A DNA stretch of 64,000 nt from Auanema rhodensis (lineage: Eukaryota; Animalia; Nematoda): assembly GCA_964057225.1 (NCBI GenBank), contig OZ059894.1, positions 682,001 through 746,000 of the forward strand. Reading direction: 5' to 3'. Positions 12,001 through 25,000 of the stretch are shown piece by piece; within the stretch, counting starts at the first letter, position 1; each line of letters starts with the position of its first letter. Made by a program: the position numbers and the translations under genes. The notes beneath the pieces were generated by a model. It was not told the origin of the DNA and ran no database searches. It saw only the letters and a list, made by a program, of their open reading frames with translations.

Positions 12001-13670
12001 ATAAATTTAAGTTCACGTAAATTTCAAAGTCATGGTTACCATGAACCAATATCAATAAAAATTTGTTTTTAGACTAATATGGACATGGGCAATCTAATTT
12101 TGAAAACCGCATCTCTTTATCTTTCACGTGAAGCGAGTTACATACCAAGTGCACATCACGTGTACATTTAATTAGCATAAATTAAAGTTCAAGTAAATTT
12201 CAAAGTCATGGTTGCCATGCACCAATATCAATAAAAATTTGTTTTTAGACTAATATGGACATGGGGAATCTAATTTTGTAAACCGCATCTCTTTATCTTT
12301 CACGTGAAGCGAGATACATACCAAGTGCACATCACGTGTACATTTAATTAGCATAAATTAAAGTTCACGTAAATTTCAAAGTCATGGTTACCATGCACCA
12401 ATATCAATAAAAATTTGTTTTTAGACTAATATATACATGGGGAATCTAATTTTGAAAACCGCATCTCTTTATCTTTCACGTGAAGCGAGTTTCATACCAA
12501 GTGCACATCACGTGTACATTTAATTAGCATAAATTTAAGTTCACGTAAAATTCACAGTCATGGTTACCATGCACCAATATCAATAAAAATTTGTTTTTAG
12601 ACTAATATGGACATGGGGAATCTAATTTTGAAAACCAGATCTCTTCATCTTTCACGTGAAGCGAGTTTCATACCAAGTGCACATCACGTGTACATTTAAT
12701 TAGCATAAATTAAAGTTCACGTAAATTTCAAAGTCATGGTTACCATGCACCAATATCAATAAAAATTTGTTTTTAGACTAATATATACATGGGGAATCTA
12801 ATTTTGAAAACCGCATCTCTTTATCTTTCACGTGAAGCGAGTTTCATACCAAGTGCACATCACGTGTACATTTAATTAGCATAAATTTAAGTTCACGTAA
12901 AATTCACAGTCATGGTTACCATGCACCAATATCAATAAAAATTTGTTTTTAGACTAATATGGACATGGGGAATCTAATTTTGAAAACCGGATCTCTTCAT
13001 CTTTCACGTGAAGCGAGTTTCATACCAAGTGCACATCACGTGTACATTTAATTAGCATAAATTAAAGTTCACGTAAATTTCAAAGTCATGGTTACCATGC
13101 ACCAATATCAATAAAAATTTGTTTTTAGACTAATATGGACATGGGGAATCTAATTTTGAAAACCGCATCTCTTCATCTTTCACGTGAAGCGAGTTACATA
13201 CCAAGTGCACATCACGTGTACATTTAATTAGCATAAATTAAAGTTCACGTGAATTTCAAAGTCATGGTTACCATGCACCAATATCAATAAAAATTTGTTT
13301 TTAGACTAATATGGACATGGGGAATCTAATTTTGAAAACCGCATCTCTTTATCTTTCACGTGAAGCGAGTTACATACCAAGTGCACATCACGTGTACATT
13401 TAATTAGCATAAATTAAAGTTCACGTAAATTTCAAAGTCATGGTTACCATGAACCAATATCAATAAAAATTTGTTTTTAGACTAATATGGACATGGGGAA
13501 TCTAATTTTGAAAACCGCATCTCTTCATCTTTCACGTGAAGCGAGTTACATACCAAGTGCACATCACGTGTACATTTAATTAGCATAAATTTAAGTTCAC
13601 GTAAATTTCAAAGTCATGGTTACCATGAACCAATATCAATAAAAATTTGTTTTTAGACTAATATGGACAT
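9100..13670. repeat. Tandem 13-mer duplication (2288 bp x2)
   Basis: The rare ACCAGA variant lies at 10349 and 12637, a spacing of 2288 = 13x176. The flanking monomer types are in identical order. Confidence 0.85.
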
Positions 13671-16600
13671 GGGCAATCTAATTTTGAAAACCGCATCTCT
13701 TTATCTTTCACGTGAAGCGAGTTACATACCAAGTGCACATCACGTGTACATTTAATTAGCATAAATTAAAGTTCAAGTAAATTTCAAAGTCATGGTTGCC
13801 ATGCACCAATATCAATAAAAATTTGTTTTTAGACTAATATGGACATGGGGAATCTAATTTTGTAAACCGCATCTCTTTATCTTTCACGTGAAGCAAGTTA
13901 CATACCAAGTGCACATCACGTGTACATTTAATTAGCATAAATTTAAGTTCACGTAAAATTCAAAGTCATGGTTACCATGAACCAATATCAATAAAAATTT
14001 GTTTTTAGACTAATATGGACATGGAGAATCTAATTTTGAAAACCGCATCTCTTTATCTTTCACGTGAAGCGAGATACATACCAAGTGCACATCACGTGTA
14101 CATTTAATTAGCATAAATTAAAGTTCACGTAAATTTCAAAGTCATGGTTACCATGCACCAATATCAATAAAAATTTGTTTTTAGACTAATATGGACATGG
14201 GGAATCTAATTTTAAAAACCGCATCTCTTTATCTTTCACGTGAAGCGAGTTACATACCAAGTGCACATCACGTGTACATTTAATTAGCATAAATTAAAAT
14301 TCACGTAAATTTCAAAGTCATGGTTACCATGAACCAATATCAATAAAAATTTGTTTTTAGACTAATATGGACATGGGGAATCTAATTTTGAAAACCGCAT
14401 CTCTTTATCTTTCACGTGAAGCGAGTTACATACCAAGTGCACATCACGTGTACATTTAATTAGCATAAATTTAAGTTCACGTAAATTTCAAAGTCATGGT
14501 TACCATGAACCAATATCAACAAAAATTTGTTTTTAGACTAATATGGACATGGGCAATCTAATTTTTGAAAACCGCATCTCTTTATCTTTCACGTGAAGCG
14601 AGTTACATACCAAGTGCACATCACGTGTACATTTAATTAGCATAAATTAAAGTTCAAGTAAATTTCAAAGTCATGGTTGCCATGCACCAATATCAATAAA
14701 AATTTGTTTTTAGACTAATATGGACATGGGGAATCTAATTTTGTAAACCGCATCTCTTTATCTTTCACGTGAAGCAAGTTACATACCAAGTGCACATCAC
14801 GTGTACATTTAATTAGCATAAATTTAAGTTCACGTAAAATTCAAAGTCATGGTTACCATGAACCAATATCAATAAAAATTTGTTTTTAGACTAATATGGA
14901 CATGGAGAATCTAATTTTGAAAACCGCATCTCTTTATCTTTCACGTGAAGCGAGATACATACCAAGTGCACATCACGTGTACATTTAATTAGCATAAATT
15001 AAAGTTCACGTAAATTTCAAAGTCATGGTTACCATGCACCAATATCAATAAAAATTTGTTTTTAGACTAATATGGACATGGGGAATCTAATTTTAAAAAC
15101 CGCATCTCTTTATCTTTCACGTGAAGCGAGTTACATACCAAGTGCACATCACGTGTACATTTAATTAGCATAAATTAAAATTCACGTAAATTTCAAAGTC
15201 ATGGTTACCATGAACCAATATCAATAAAAATTTGTTTTTAGACTAATATGGACATGGGGAATCTAATTTTGAAAACCGCATCTCTTTATCTTTCACGTGA
15301 AGCGAGTTACATACCAAGTGCACATCACGTGTACATTTAATTAGCATAAATTAAAGTTCAAGTAAATTTCAAAGTCATGGTTGCCATGCACCAATATCAA
15401 TAAAAATTTGTTTTTAGACTAATATGGACATGGGGAATCTAATTTTGAAAACCGCATCTCTTTATCTTTCACGTGAAGCAAGTTACATACCAAGTGCACA
15501 TCACGTGTACATTTAATTAGCATAAATTTAAGTTCACGTAAAATTCACAGTCATGGTTACCATGCACCAATATCAATAAAAATTTGTTTTTAGACTAATA
15601 TGGACATGGGGAATCTAATTTTGAAAACCGCATCTCTTCATCTTTCACGTGAAGCGAGTTTCATACCAAGTGCACATCACGTGTACATTTAATTAGCATA
15701 AATTAAAGTTCACGTAAATTTCAAAGTCATGGTTACCATGCACCAATATCAATAAAAATTTGTTTTTAGACTAATATATACATGGGGAATCTAATTTTGA
15801 AAACCGCATCTCTTTATCTTTCACGTGAAGCGAGTTACATACCAAGTGCACATCACGTGTACATTTAATTAGCATAAATTAAAGTTCACGTAAATTTCAA
15901 AGTCATGGTTACCATGAACCAATATCAATAAAAATTTGTTTTTAGACTAATATGGACATGGGGAATCTAATTTTGAAAACCGCATCTCTTCATCTTTCAC
16001 GTGAAGCGAGTTACATACCAAGTGCACATCACGTGTACATTTAATTAGCATAAATTAAAGTTCACGTGAATTTCAAAGTCATGGTTACCATGCACCAATA
16101 TCAATAAAAATTTGTTTTTAGACTAATATGGACATGGGGAATCTAATTTTGAAAACCGCATCTCTTTATCTTTCACGTGAAGCGAGTTACATACCAAGTG
16201 CACATCACGTGTACATTTAATTAGCATAAATTAAAGTTCACGTAAATTTCAAAGTCATGGTTACCATGAACCAATATCAATAAAAATTTGTTTTTAGACT
16301 AATATGGACATGGGGAATCTAATTTTGAAAACCGCATCTCTTTATCTTTCACGTGAAGCGAGTTACATACCAAGTGCACATCACGTGTACATTTAATTAG
16401 CATAAATTTAAGTTCACGTAAATTTCAAAGTCATGGTTACCATGAACCAATATCAATAAAAATTTGTTTTTAGACTAATATGGACATGGGCAATCTAATT
16501 TTGAAAACCGCATCTCTTTATCTTTCACGTGAAGCGAGTTACATACCAAGTGCACATCACGTGTACATTTAATTAGCATAAATTAAAGTTCAAGTAAATT

Positions 16601-19010
16601 TCAAAGTCATGGTTACCATGCACCAATATCAATAAAAATTTGTTTTTAGACTAATATATACATGGGGAATCTAATTTTGAAAACCGCATCTCTTTATCTT
16701 TCACGTGAAGCGAGTTACATACCAAGTGCACATCACGTGTACATTTAATTAGCATAAATTAAAGTTCACGTAAATTTCAAAGTCATGGTTACCATGAACC
16801 AATATCAATAAAAATTTGTTTTTAGACTAATATGGACATGGGGAATCTAATTTTGAAAACCGCATCTCTTCATCTTTCACGTGAAGCGAGTTACATACCA
16901 AGTGCACATCACGTGTACATTTAATTAGCATAAATTAAAGTTCACGTAAATTTCAAAGTCATGGTTACCATGCACCAATATCAATAAAAATTTGTTTTTA
17001 GACTAATATGGACATGGGGAATCTAATTTTGAAAACCGCATCTCTTTATCTTTCACGTGAAGCGAGTTACATACCAAGTGCACATCACGTGTACATTTAA
17101 TTAGCATAAATTTAAGTTCACGTAAATTTCAAAGTCATGGTTACCATGAACCAATATCAATAAAAATTTGTTTTTAGACTAATATGGACATGGGCAATCT
17201 AATTTTGAAAACCGCATCTCTTTATCTTTCACGTGAAGCGAGTTACATACCAAGTGCACATCACGTGTACATTTAATTAGCATAAATTAAAGTTCAAGTA
17301 AATTTCAAAGTCATGGTTGCCATGCACCAATATCAATAAAAATTTGTTTTTAGACTAATATGGACATGGGGAATCTAATTTTGTAAACCGCATCTCTTTA
17401 TCTTTCACGTGAAGCAAGTTACATACCAAGTGCACATCACGTGTACATTTAATTAGCATAAATTTAAGTTCACGTAAAATTCAAAGTCATGGTTACCATG
17501 AACCAATATCAATAAAAATTTGTTTTTAGACTAATATGGACATGGAGAATCTAATTTTGAAAACCGCATCTCTTTATCTTTCACGTGAAGCGAGATACAT
17601 ACCAAGTGCACATCACGTGTACATTTAATTAGCATAAATTAAAGTTCACGTAAATTTCAAAGTCATGGTTACCATGAACCAATATCAATAAAAATTTGTT
17701 TTTAGACTAATATGGACATGGGGAATCTAATTTTGAAAACCGCATCTCTTTATCTTTCACGTGAAGCGAGTTACATACCAAGTGCACATCACGTGTACAT
17801 TTAATTAGCATAAATTAAAGTTCACGTAAATTTCAAAGTCATGGTTACCATGCACCAATATCAATAAAAATTGGTTTGTAGACTAATATGGACATGGAGA
17901 ATCTAATTTTGAAAACCGCATCTCTTTATCTTTCACGTGAAGCGAGTTACATACCAAGTGCACATCACGTGTACATTTAATTAGCATAAATTAAAGTTCA
18001 CGTAAATTTCAAAGTCATGGATACCATGCACCAATATCAATAAAAATTTGTTTTTAGACTAATATGGACATGGAGAATCTAATTTTGAAAACCGCATCTC
18101 TTTATCTTTCACGTGAAGCGAGTTACATACCAAGTGCACATCACGTGTACATTTAATTAGCATAAATTAAAGTTCACGTAAATTTCAAAGTCATGGATAC
18201 CATGCACCAATATCAATAAAAATTTGTTTTTAGACTAATATGGACATGGGGAATCTAATTTTGAAAACCGCATCTCTTTATCTTTCACGTGAAGCGAGTT
18301 ACATACCAAGTGCACATCACGTGTACATTTAATTAGCATAAATTAAAGTTCACGTAAATTTCAAAGTCATGGTTACCATGCACCAATATCAATAAAAATT
18401 TGTTTTTAGACTAATATGGACATGGGGAATCTAATTTTGAAAACCGCATCTCTTTATCTTTCACGTGAAGCAAGTTACATACCAAGTGCACATCACGTGT
18501 ACATTTAATTAGCATAAATTAAAGTTCACGTAAATTTCAAAGTCATGGATACCATGCACCAATATCAATAAAAATTTGTTTTTAGACTAATATGGACATG
18601 GGAAATCTAATTTTGAAAACCGCATCTCTTTATCTTTCACGTGAAGCGAGTTACATACCAAGTGCACATCACGTGTACATTTAATTAGCATAAATTAAAG
18701 TTCACGTAAATTTCAAAGTCATGGTTACCATGCACCAATATCAATAAAAATTTGTTTTTAGACTAATATATACATGGGGAATCTAATTTTGAAAACCGCA
18801 TCTCTTTATCTTTCACGTGAAGCGAGTTACATACCAAGTGCACATCACGTGTACATTTAATTAGCATAAATTAAAGTTCACGTAAATTTCAAAGTCATGG
18901 TTACCATGAACCAATATCAATAAAAATTTGTTTTTAGACTAATATGGACATGGGGAATCTAATTTTGAAAACCGCATCTCTTCATCTTTCACGTGAAGCG
19001 AGTTACATAC

Positions 19011-22000
19011 CAAGTGCACATCACGTGTACATTTAATTAGCATAAATTAAAGTTCACGTAAATTTCAAAGTCATGGTTACCATGCACCAATATCAATAAA
19101 AATTTGTTTTTAGACTAATATGGACATGGGGAATCTAATTTTGAAAACCGCATCTCTTTATCTTTCACGTGAAGCAAGTTACATACCAAGTGCACATCAC
19201 GTGTACATTTAATTAGCATAAATTAAAGTTCACGTAAATTTCAAAGTCATGGTTACCATGCACCAATATCAATAAAAATTTGTTTTTAGACTAATATGGA
19301 CATGGGGAATCTAATTTTGAAAACCGCATCTCTTTATCTTTCACGTGAAGCGAGTTACATACCAAGTGCACATCACGTGTACATTTAATTAGCATAAATT
19401 AAAGTTCACGTAAATTTCAAAGTCATGGTTACCATGCACCAATATCAATAAAAATTTGTTTTTAGACTAATATGGACATGGGGAATCTAATTTTAAAAAC
19501 CGCATCTCTTTATCTTTCACGTGAAGCGAGTTACATACCAAGTGCACATCACGTGTACATTTAATTAGCATAAATTAAAGTTCACGTAAATTTCAAAGTC
19601 ATGGTTACCATGCACCAATATCAATAAAAATTTGTTTTTAGACTAATATGGACATGGGGAATCTAATTTTGAAAACCGCATCTCTTTATCTTTCACGTGA
19701 AGCGAGTTACATACCAAGTGCACATCACGTGTACATTTAATTAGCATAAATTAAAGTTCACGTAAATTTCAAAGTCATGGTTACCATGCACCAATATCAA
19801 TAAAAATTTGTTTTTAGACTAATATGGACATGGGGAATCTAATTTTGAAAACCGCATCTCTTTATCTTTCACGTGAAGCGAGTTACATACCAAGTGCACA
19901 TCACGTGTACATTTAATTAGCATAAATTAAAGTTCACGTGAATTTCAAAGTCATGGTTACCATGCACCGATATCAATAAAAATTTGTTTTTAGACTAATA
20001 TGGACATGGAGAATCTAATTTTGAAAACCGCATCTCTTTATCTTTCACGTGAAGCGAGTTATATACCAAGTGCACATCACGTGTACATTTAATTAGCATA
20101 AATTAAAGTTCACGTAAATTTCAAAGTCATGGTTACCATGCACCAATATCAATAAAAATTTGTTTTTAGACTAATATGGACATGGGGAATCAAATTTTGA
20201 AAACCGCATCTCTTTATCTTTCACGTGAAGCGAGTTATATACCAAGTGCACATCACGTGTACATTTAATTAGCATAAATTAAAGTTCACGTAAATTTCAA
20301 AGTCATGGTTACCATGCACCAATATCAATAAAAATTTGTTTTTAGACTAATATGGACATGGGGAATCTAATTTTGAAAACCGCATCTCTTTATCTTTCAC
20401 GTGAAGCGAGTTACATACCAAGTGCACATCACGTGTACATTTAATTAGCATAAATTAAAGTTCACGTAAATTTCAAAGTCATGGTTACCATGCACCAATA
20501 TCAATAAAAATTTGTTTTTAGACTAATATGGACATGGGGAATCTAATTTTGAAAACCGCATCTCTTTATCTTTCACGTGAAGCAAGTTACATACCAAGTG
20601 CACATCACGTGTACATTTAATTAGCATAAATTTAAGTTCACGTAAATTTCAAAGTCATGGTTACCATGCACCAATATCAATAAAAATTTGTTTTTAGACT
20701 AATATGGACATGGGGAATCTAATTTTGAAAACCGCATCTCTTTATCTTTCACGTGAAGCAAGTTACATACCAAGTGCACATCACGTGTACATTTAATTAG
20801 CATAAATTTAAGTTCACGTAAATTTCAAAGTCATGGTTACCATGAACCAATATCAATAAAAATTTGTTTTTAGACTAATATGGACATGGGGAATCTAATT
20901 TTGAAAACCGCATCTCTTTATCTTTCACGTGAAGCGAGTTACATACCAAGTGCACATCACGTGTACATTTAATTAGCATAAATTAAAGTTCACGTGAATT
21001 TCAAAGCCATGGTTACCATGCACCAATATCAATAAAAATTTGTTTTTAGACTAATATGGACATGGGGAATCTAATTTTGAAAACCGCATCTCTTTATCTT
21101 TCACGTGAAGCGAGTTACATACCAAGTGCACATCACGTGTACATTTAATTAGCATAAATTAAAGTTCACGTGAATTTCAAAGTCATGGTTACCATGCACC
21201 AATATCAATAAAAATTTGTTTTTAGACTAATATGGACATGGGGAATCTAATTTTGAAAACCGCATCTCTTTATCTTTCACGTGAAGCGAGTTACATACCA
21301 AGTGCACATCACGTGTACATTTAATTAGCATAAATTTAAGTTCACGTAAATTTCAAAGTCATGGTTACCATGAACCAATATCAATAAAAATTTGTTTTTA
21401 GACTAATATGGACATGGGGAATCTAATTTTGAAAACCGCATCTCTTTATCTTTCACGTGAAGCGAGTTACATACCAAGTGCACATCACGTGTACATTTAA
21501 TTAGCATAAATTAAAGTTCACGTGAATTTCAAAGTCATGGTTACCATGCACCAATATCAATAAAAATTTGTTTTTAGACTAATATGGACATGGGGAATCT
21601 AATTTTGAAAACCGCATCTCTTTATCTTTCACGTGAAGCGAGTTACATACCAAGTGCACATCACGTGTACATTTAATTAGCATAAATTAAAGTTCACGTA
21701 AATTTCAAAGTCATGGTTACCATGCACCAATATCAATAAAAATTTGTTTTTAGACTAATATGGACATGGGGAATCTAATTTTGAAAACCGCATCTCTTTA
21801 TCTTTCACGTGAAGCGAGTTACATACCAAGTGCACATCACGTGTACATTTAATTAGCATAAATTAAAGTTCACGTGAATTTCAAAGTCATGGTTACCATG
21901 CACCAATATCAATAAAAATTTGTTTTTAGACTAATATGGACATGGGGAATCTAATTTTGAAAACCGCATCTCTTTATCTTTCACGTGAAGCGAGTTACAT

Positions 22001-25000
22001 ACCAAGTGCACATCACGTGTACATTTAATTAGCATAAATTAAAGTTCACGTAAATTTCAAAGTCATGGTTACCATGCACCAATATCAATAAAAATTTGTT
22101 TTTAGACTAATATGGACATGGGGAATCTAATTTTGAAAACCGCATCTCTTTATCTTTCACGTGAAGCGAGTTACATACCAAGTGCACATCACGTGTACAT
22201 TTAATTAGCATAAATTAAAGTTCACGTAAATTTCAAAGTCATGGTTACCATGCACCAATATCAATAAAAATTTGTTTTTAGACTAATATGGACATGGGGA
22301 ATCTAATTTTAAAAACCGCATCTCTTTATCTTTCACGTGAAGCGAGTTACAGACCAAGTGCACATCACGTGTACATTTAATTAGCATAAATTAAAGTTCA
22401 CGTGAATTTCAAAGTCATGGTTACCATGCACCAATATCAATAAAAATTTGTTTTTAGACTAATATGGACATGGAGAATCTAATTTTGAAAACCGCATCTC
22501 TTTATCTTTCACGTGAAGCGAGTTACATACCAAGTGCACATCACGTGTACATTTAATTAGCATAAATTAAAGTTCACGTAAATTTCAAAGTCATGGTTAC
22601 CATGCACCAATATCAATAAAAATTTGTTTTTAGACTAATATGGACATGGGGAATCTAATTTTGAAAACCGCATCTCTTTATCTTTCACGTGAAGCGAGTT
22701 ACATACCAAGTGCACATCACGTGTACATTTAATTAGCATAAATTAAAGTTCACGTAAATTTCAAAGTCATGGTTACCATGCACCAATATCAATAAAAATT
22801 TGTTTTTAGACTAATATGGACATGGGGAATCTAATTTTGAAAACCGCATCTCTTTATCTTTCACGTGAAGCGAGTTACATACCAAGTGCACATCACGTGT
22901 ACATTTAATTAGCATAAATTAAAGTTCACGTAAATTTCAAAGTCATGGTTACCATGCACCAATATCAATAAAAATTTGTTTTTAGACTAATATGGACATG
23001 GGAAATCTAATTTTGAAAACCGCATCTCTTTATCTTTCACGTGAAGCGAGTTACATACCAAGTGCACATCACGTGTACATTTAATTAGCATAAATTAAAG
23101 TTCACGTAAATTTCAAAGTCATGGTTACCATGAACCAATATCAATAAAAATTTGTTTTTAGACTAATATGGACATGTGGAATCTAATTTTGAAAACCGCA
23201 TCTCTTTATCTTTCACGTGAAGCGAATTACATACCAAGTGCACATCACGTGTACATTTAATTAGCATAAATTAAAGTTCCTGTAAATTTCAAAGTCATGG
23301 TTACCATGCACCAATATCAATAAAAATTTGTTTTTAGACTAATATGGACATGGGGAATCTAATTTTGAAAACCGCATCTCTTTATCTTTCACGTGAAGCG
23401 AGTTACATACCAAGTGCACATCACGTGTACATTTAATTAGCATAAATTAAAGTTCACGTAAATTTCAAAGTCATGGTTACCATGAACCAATATCAATAAA
23501 AATTTGTTTTTAGACAAATATGGACATGGGGAATCTAATTTTGAAAACCGCATCTCTTTATCTTTCACGTGAAGCGAGTTACATACCAAGTGCACATCAC
23601 GTGTACATTTAATTAACATAAATTAAAGTTCACGTAAATTTCAAAGTCATGGTTACCATGCACCAATATCAATTAAAATTTGTTTTTAGACTAATATGGA
23701 CATGGGAAATCTAATTTTGAAAACCGCATCTCTTTATCTTTCACGTGAAGCGAGTTACATACCAAGTGCACATCACGTGTACATTTAATTAGCATAAATT
23801 AAAGTTCACGTAAATTTCAAAGTCATGGTTATCATGAACCAATATCAATAAAAATTTGTTTTTAGACTAATATGGACATGGGGAATCTAATTTTGAAAAC
23901 CGCATCTCTTTATCTTTCACGTGAAGCGAGTTACATACCAAGTGCACATCACGTGTTCATTTAATTAGCATAAATTAAAGTTCACGTAAATTTCAAAGTC
24001 ATGGTTACCATGAACCAATATCAATGAAAATTTGTTTTTAGACTAATATGGACATGGGGAATCTAATTTTGAAAACCGCATCTCTTTATCTTTCACGTGA
24101 CGCGAGTTACATACCAAGTGCACATCACGTGTACATTTAATTAGCATAAATTAAAGTTCACGTAAATTTCAAAGTCATGGTTACCATGAACCAATATCAA
24201 TAAAAATTTGTTTTTAGACTAATATGGACATGGGGAATCTAATTTTGTAAACCGCATCTCTTTATCTTTCACGTGAAGCGAGTTACATACCAAGTGCACA
24301 TCACGTGTACATTTAATTAGCATAAATTAAAGTTCACGTAAATTTCAAAGTCATGGTTACCATGAACCAATATCAATAAAAATTTGTTTTTAGACTAATA
24401 TGGACATGGGGAATCTAATTTTGAGAACCGCATCTCTTTATCTTTCACGTGAAGCGAGTTACATACCAAGTGCACATCACGTGTACATTTAATTAGCATA
24501 AATTAAAGTTCACGTAAATTTCAAAGTCATGGTTACCATGAACCAATATCAATAAAAATTTGTTTTTAGACTAATATGGACATGGGGAATCTATTTTTGA
24601 AAACCGCATCTCTTTATCTTTCACGTGAAGCGAGTTACATACCAAGTGCACATCACGTGTACATTTAATTAGCATAAATTAAAGTTCACGTAAATTTCAA
24701 AGTCATGGTTACCATGCACCAATATCAATAAAACTTTGTTTTTAGACTAATATGGACATGGGGAATCTAATTTTGAAAACCGCATCTCTTTATCTTTCAC
24801 GTGAAGCGAGTTACATACCAAGTGCACATCACGTGTACATTTAATTAGCATAATTTAAAGTTCACGTAAATTTCAAAGTCATGGTTACCATGCACCAATA
24901 TCGATAAAAATTTGTTTTTAGACTAATATGGACATGGGGAATCTAATTTTGAAAACCGCATCTCTTTATCTTTCACGTGAAGCGAGTTACATACCAAGTG

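Larger units (their letters stand above)
1..19010. repeat. Array domain 1: variant-rich monomers with nested 5-, 13- and 25-mer higher-order duplications
   Basis: Linked variants seen essentially only here: TTCAAGTA with GGTTGCC (1455/1477), AAAATTCACAG, TATATAC, GGGCAATC, GAGATACA, GAGTTTCA, ACCGGA/ACCAGA. They recur in ordered series. Confidence 0.85.

Noticed and set aside
23437-23619. 60-aa minus-strand ORF (MLIKCTRDVH...)
   Set aside because: It is about one satellite monomer read in reverse. It is open only because the private SNP T>A at 23516 turns the usual TAG into TTG. I recognise no protein domain or gene context.
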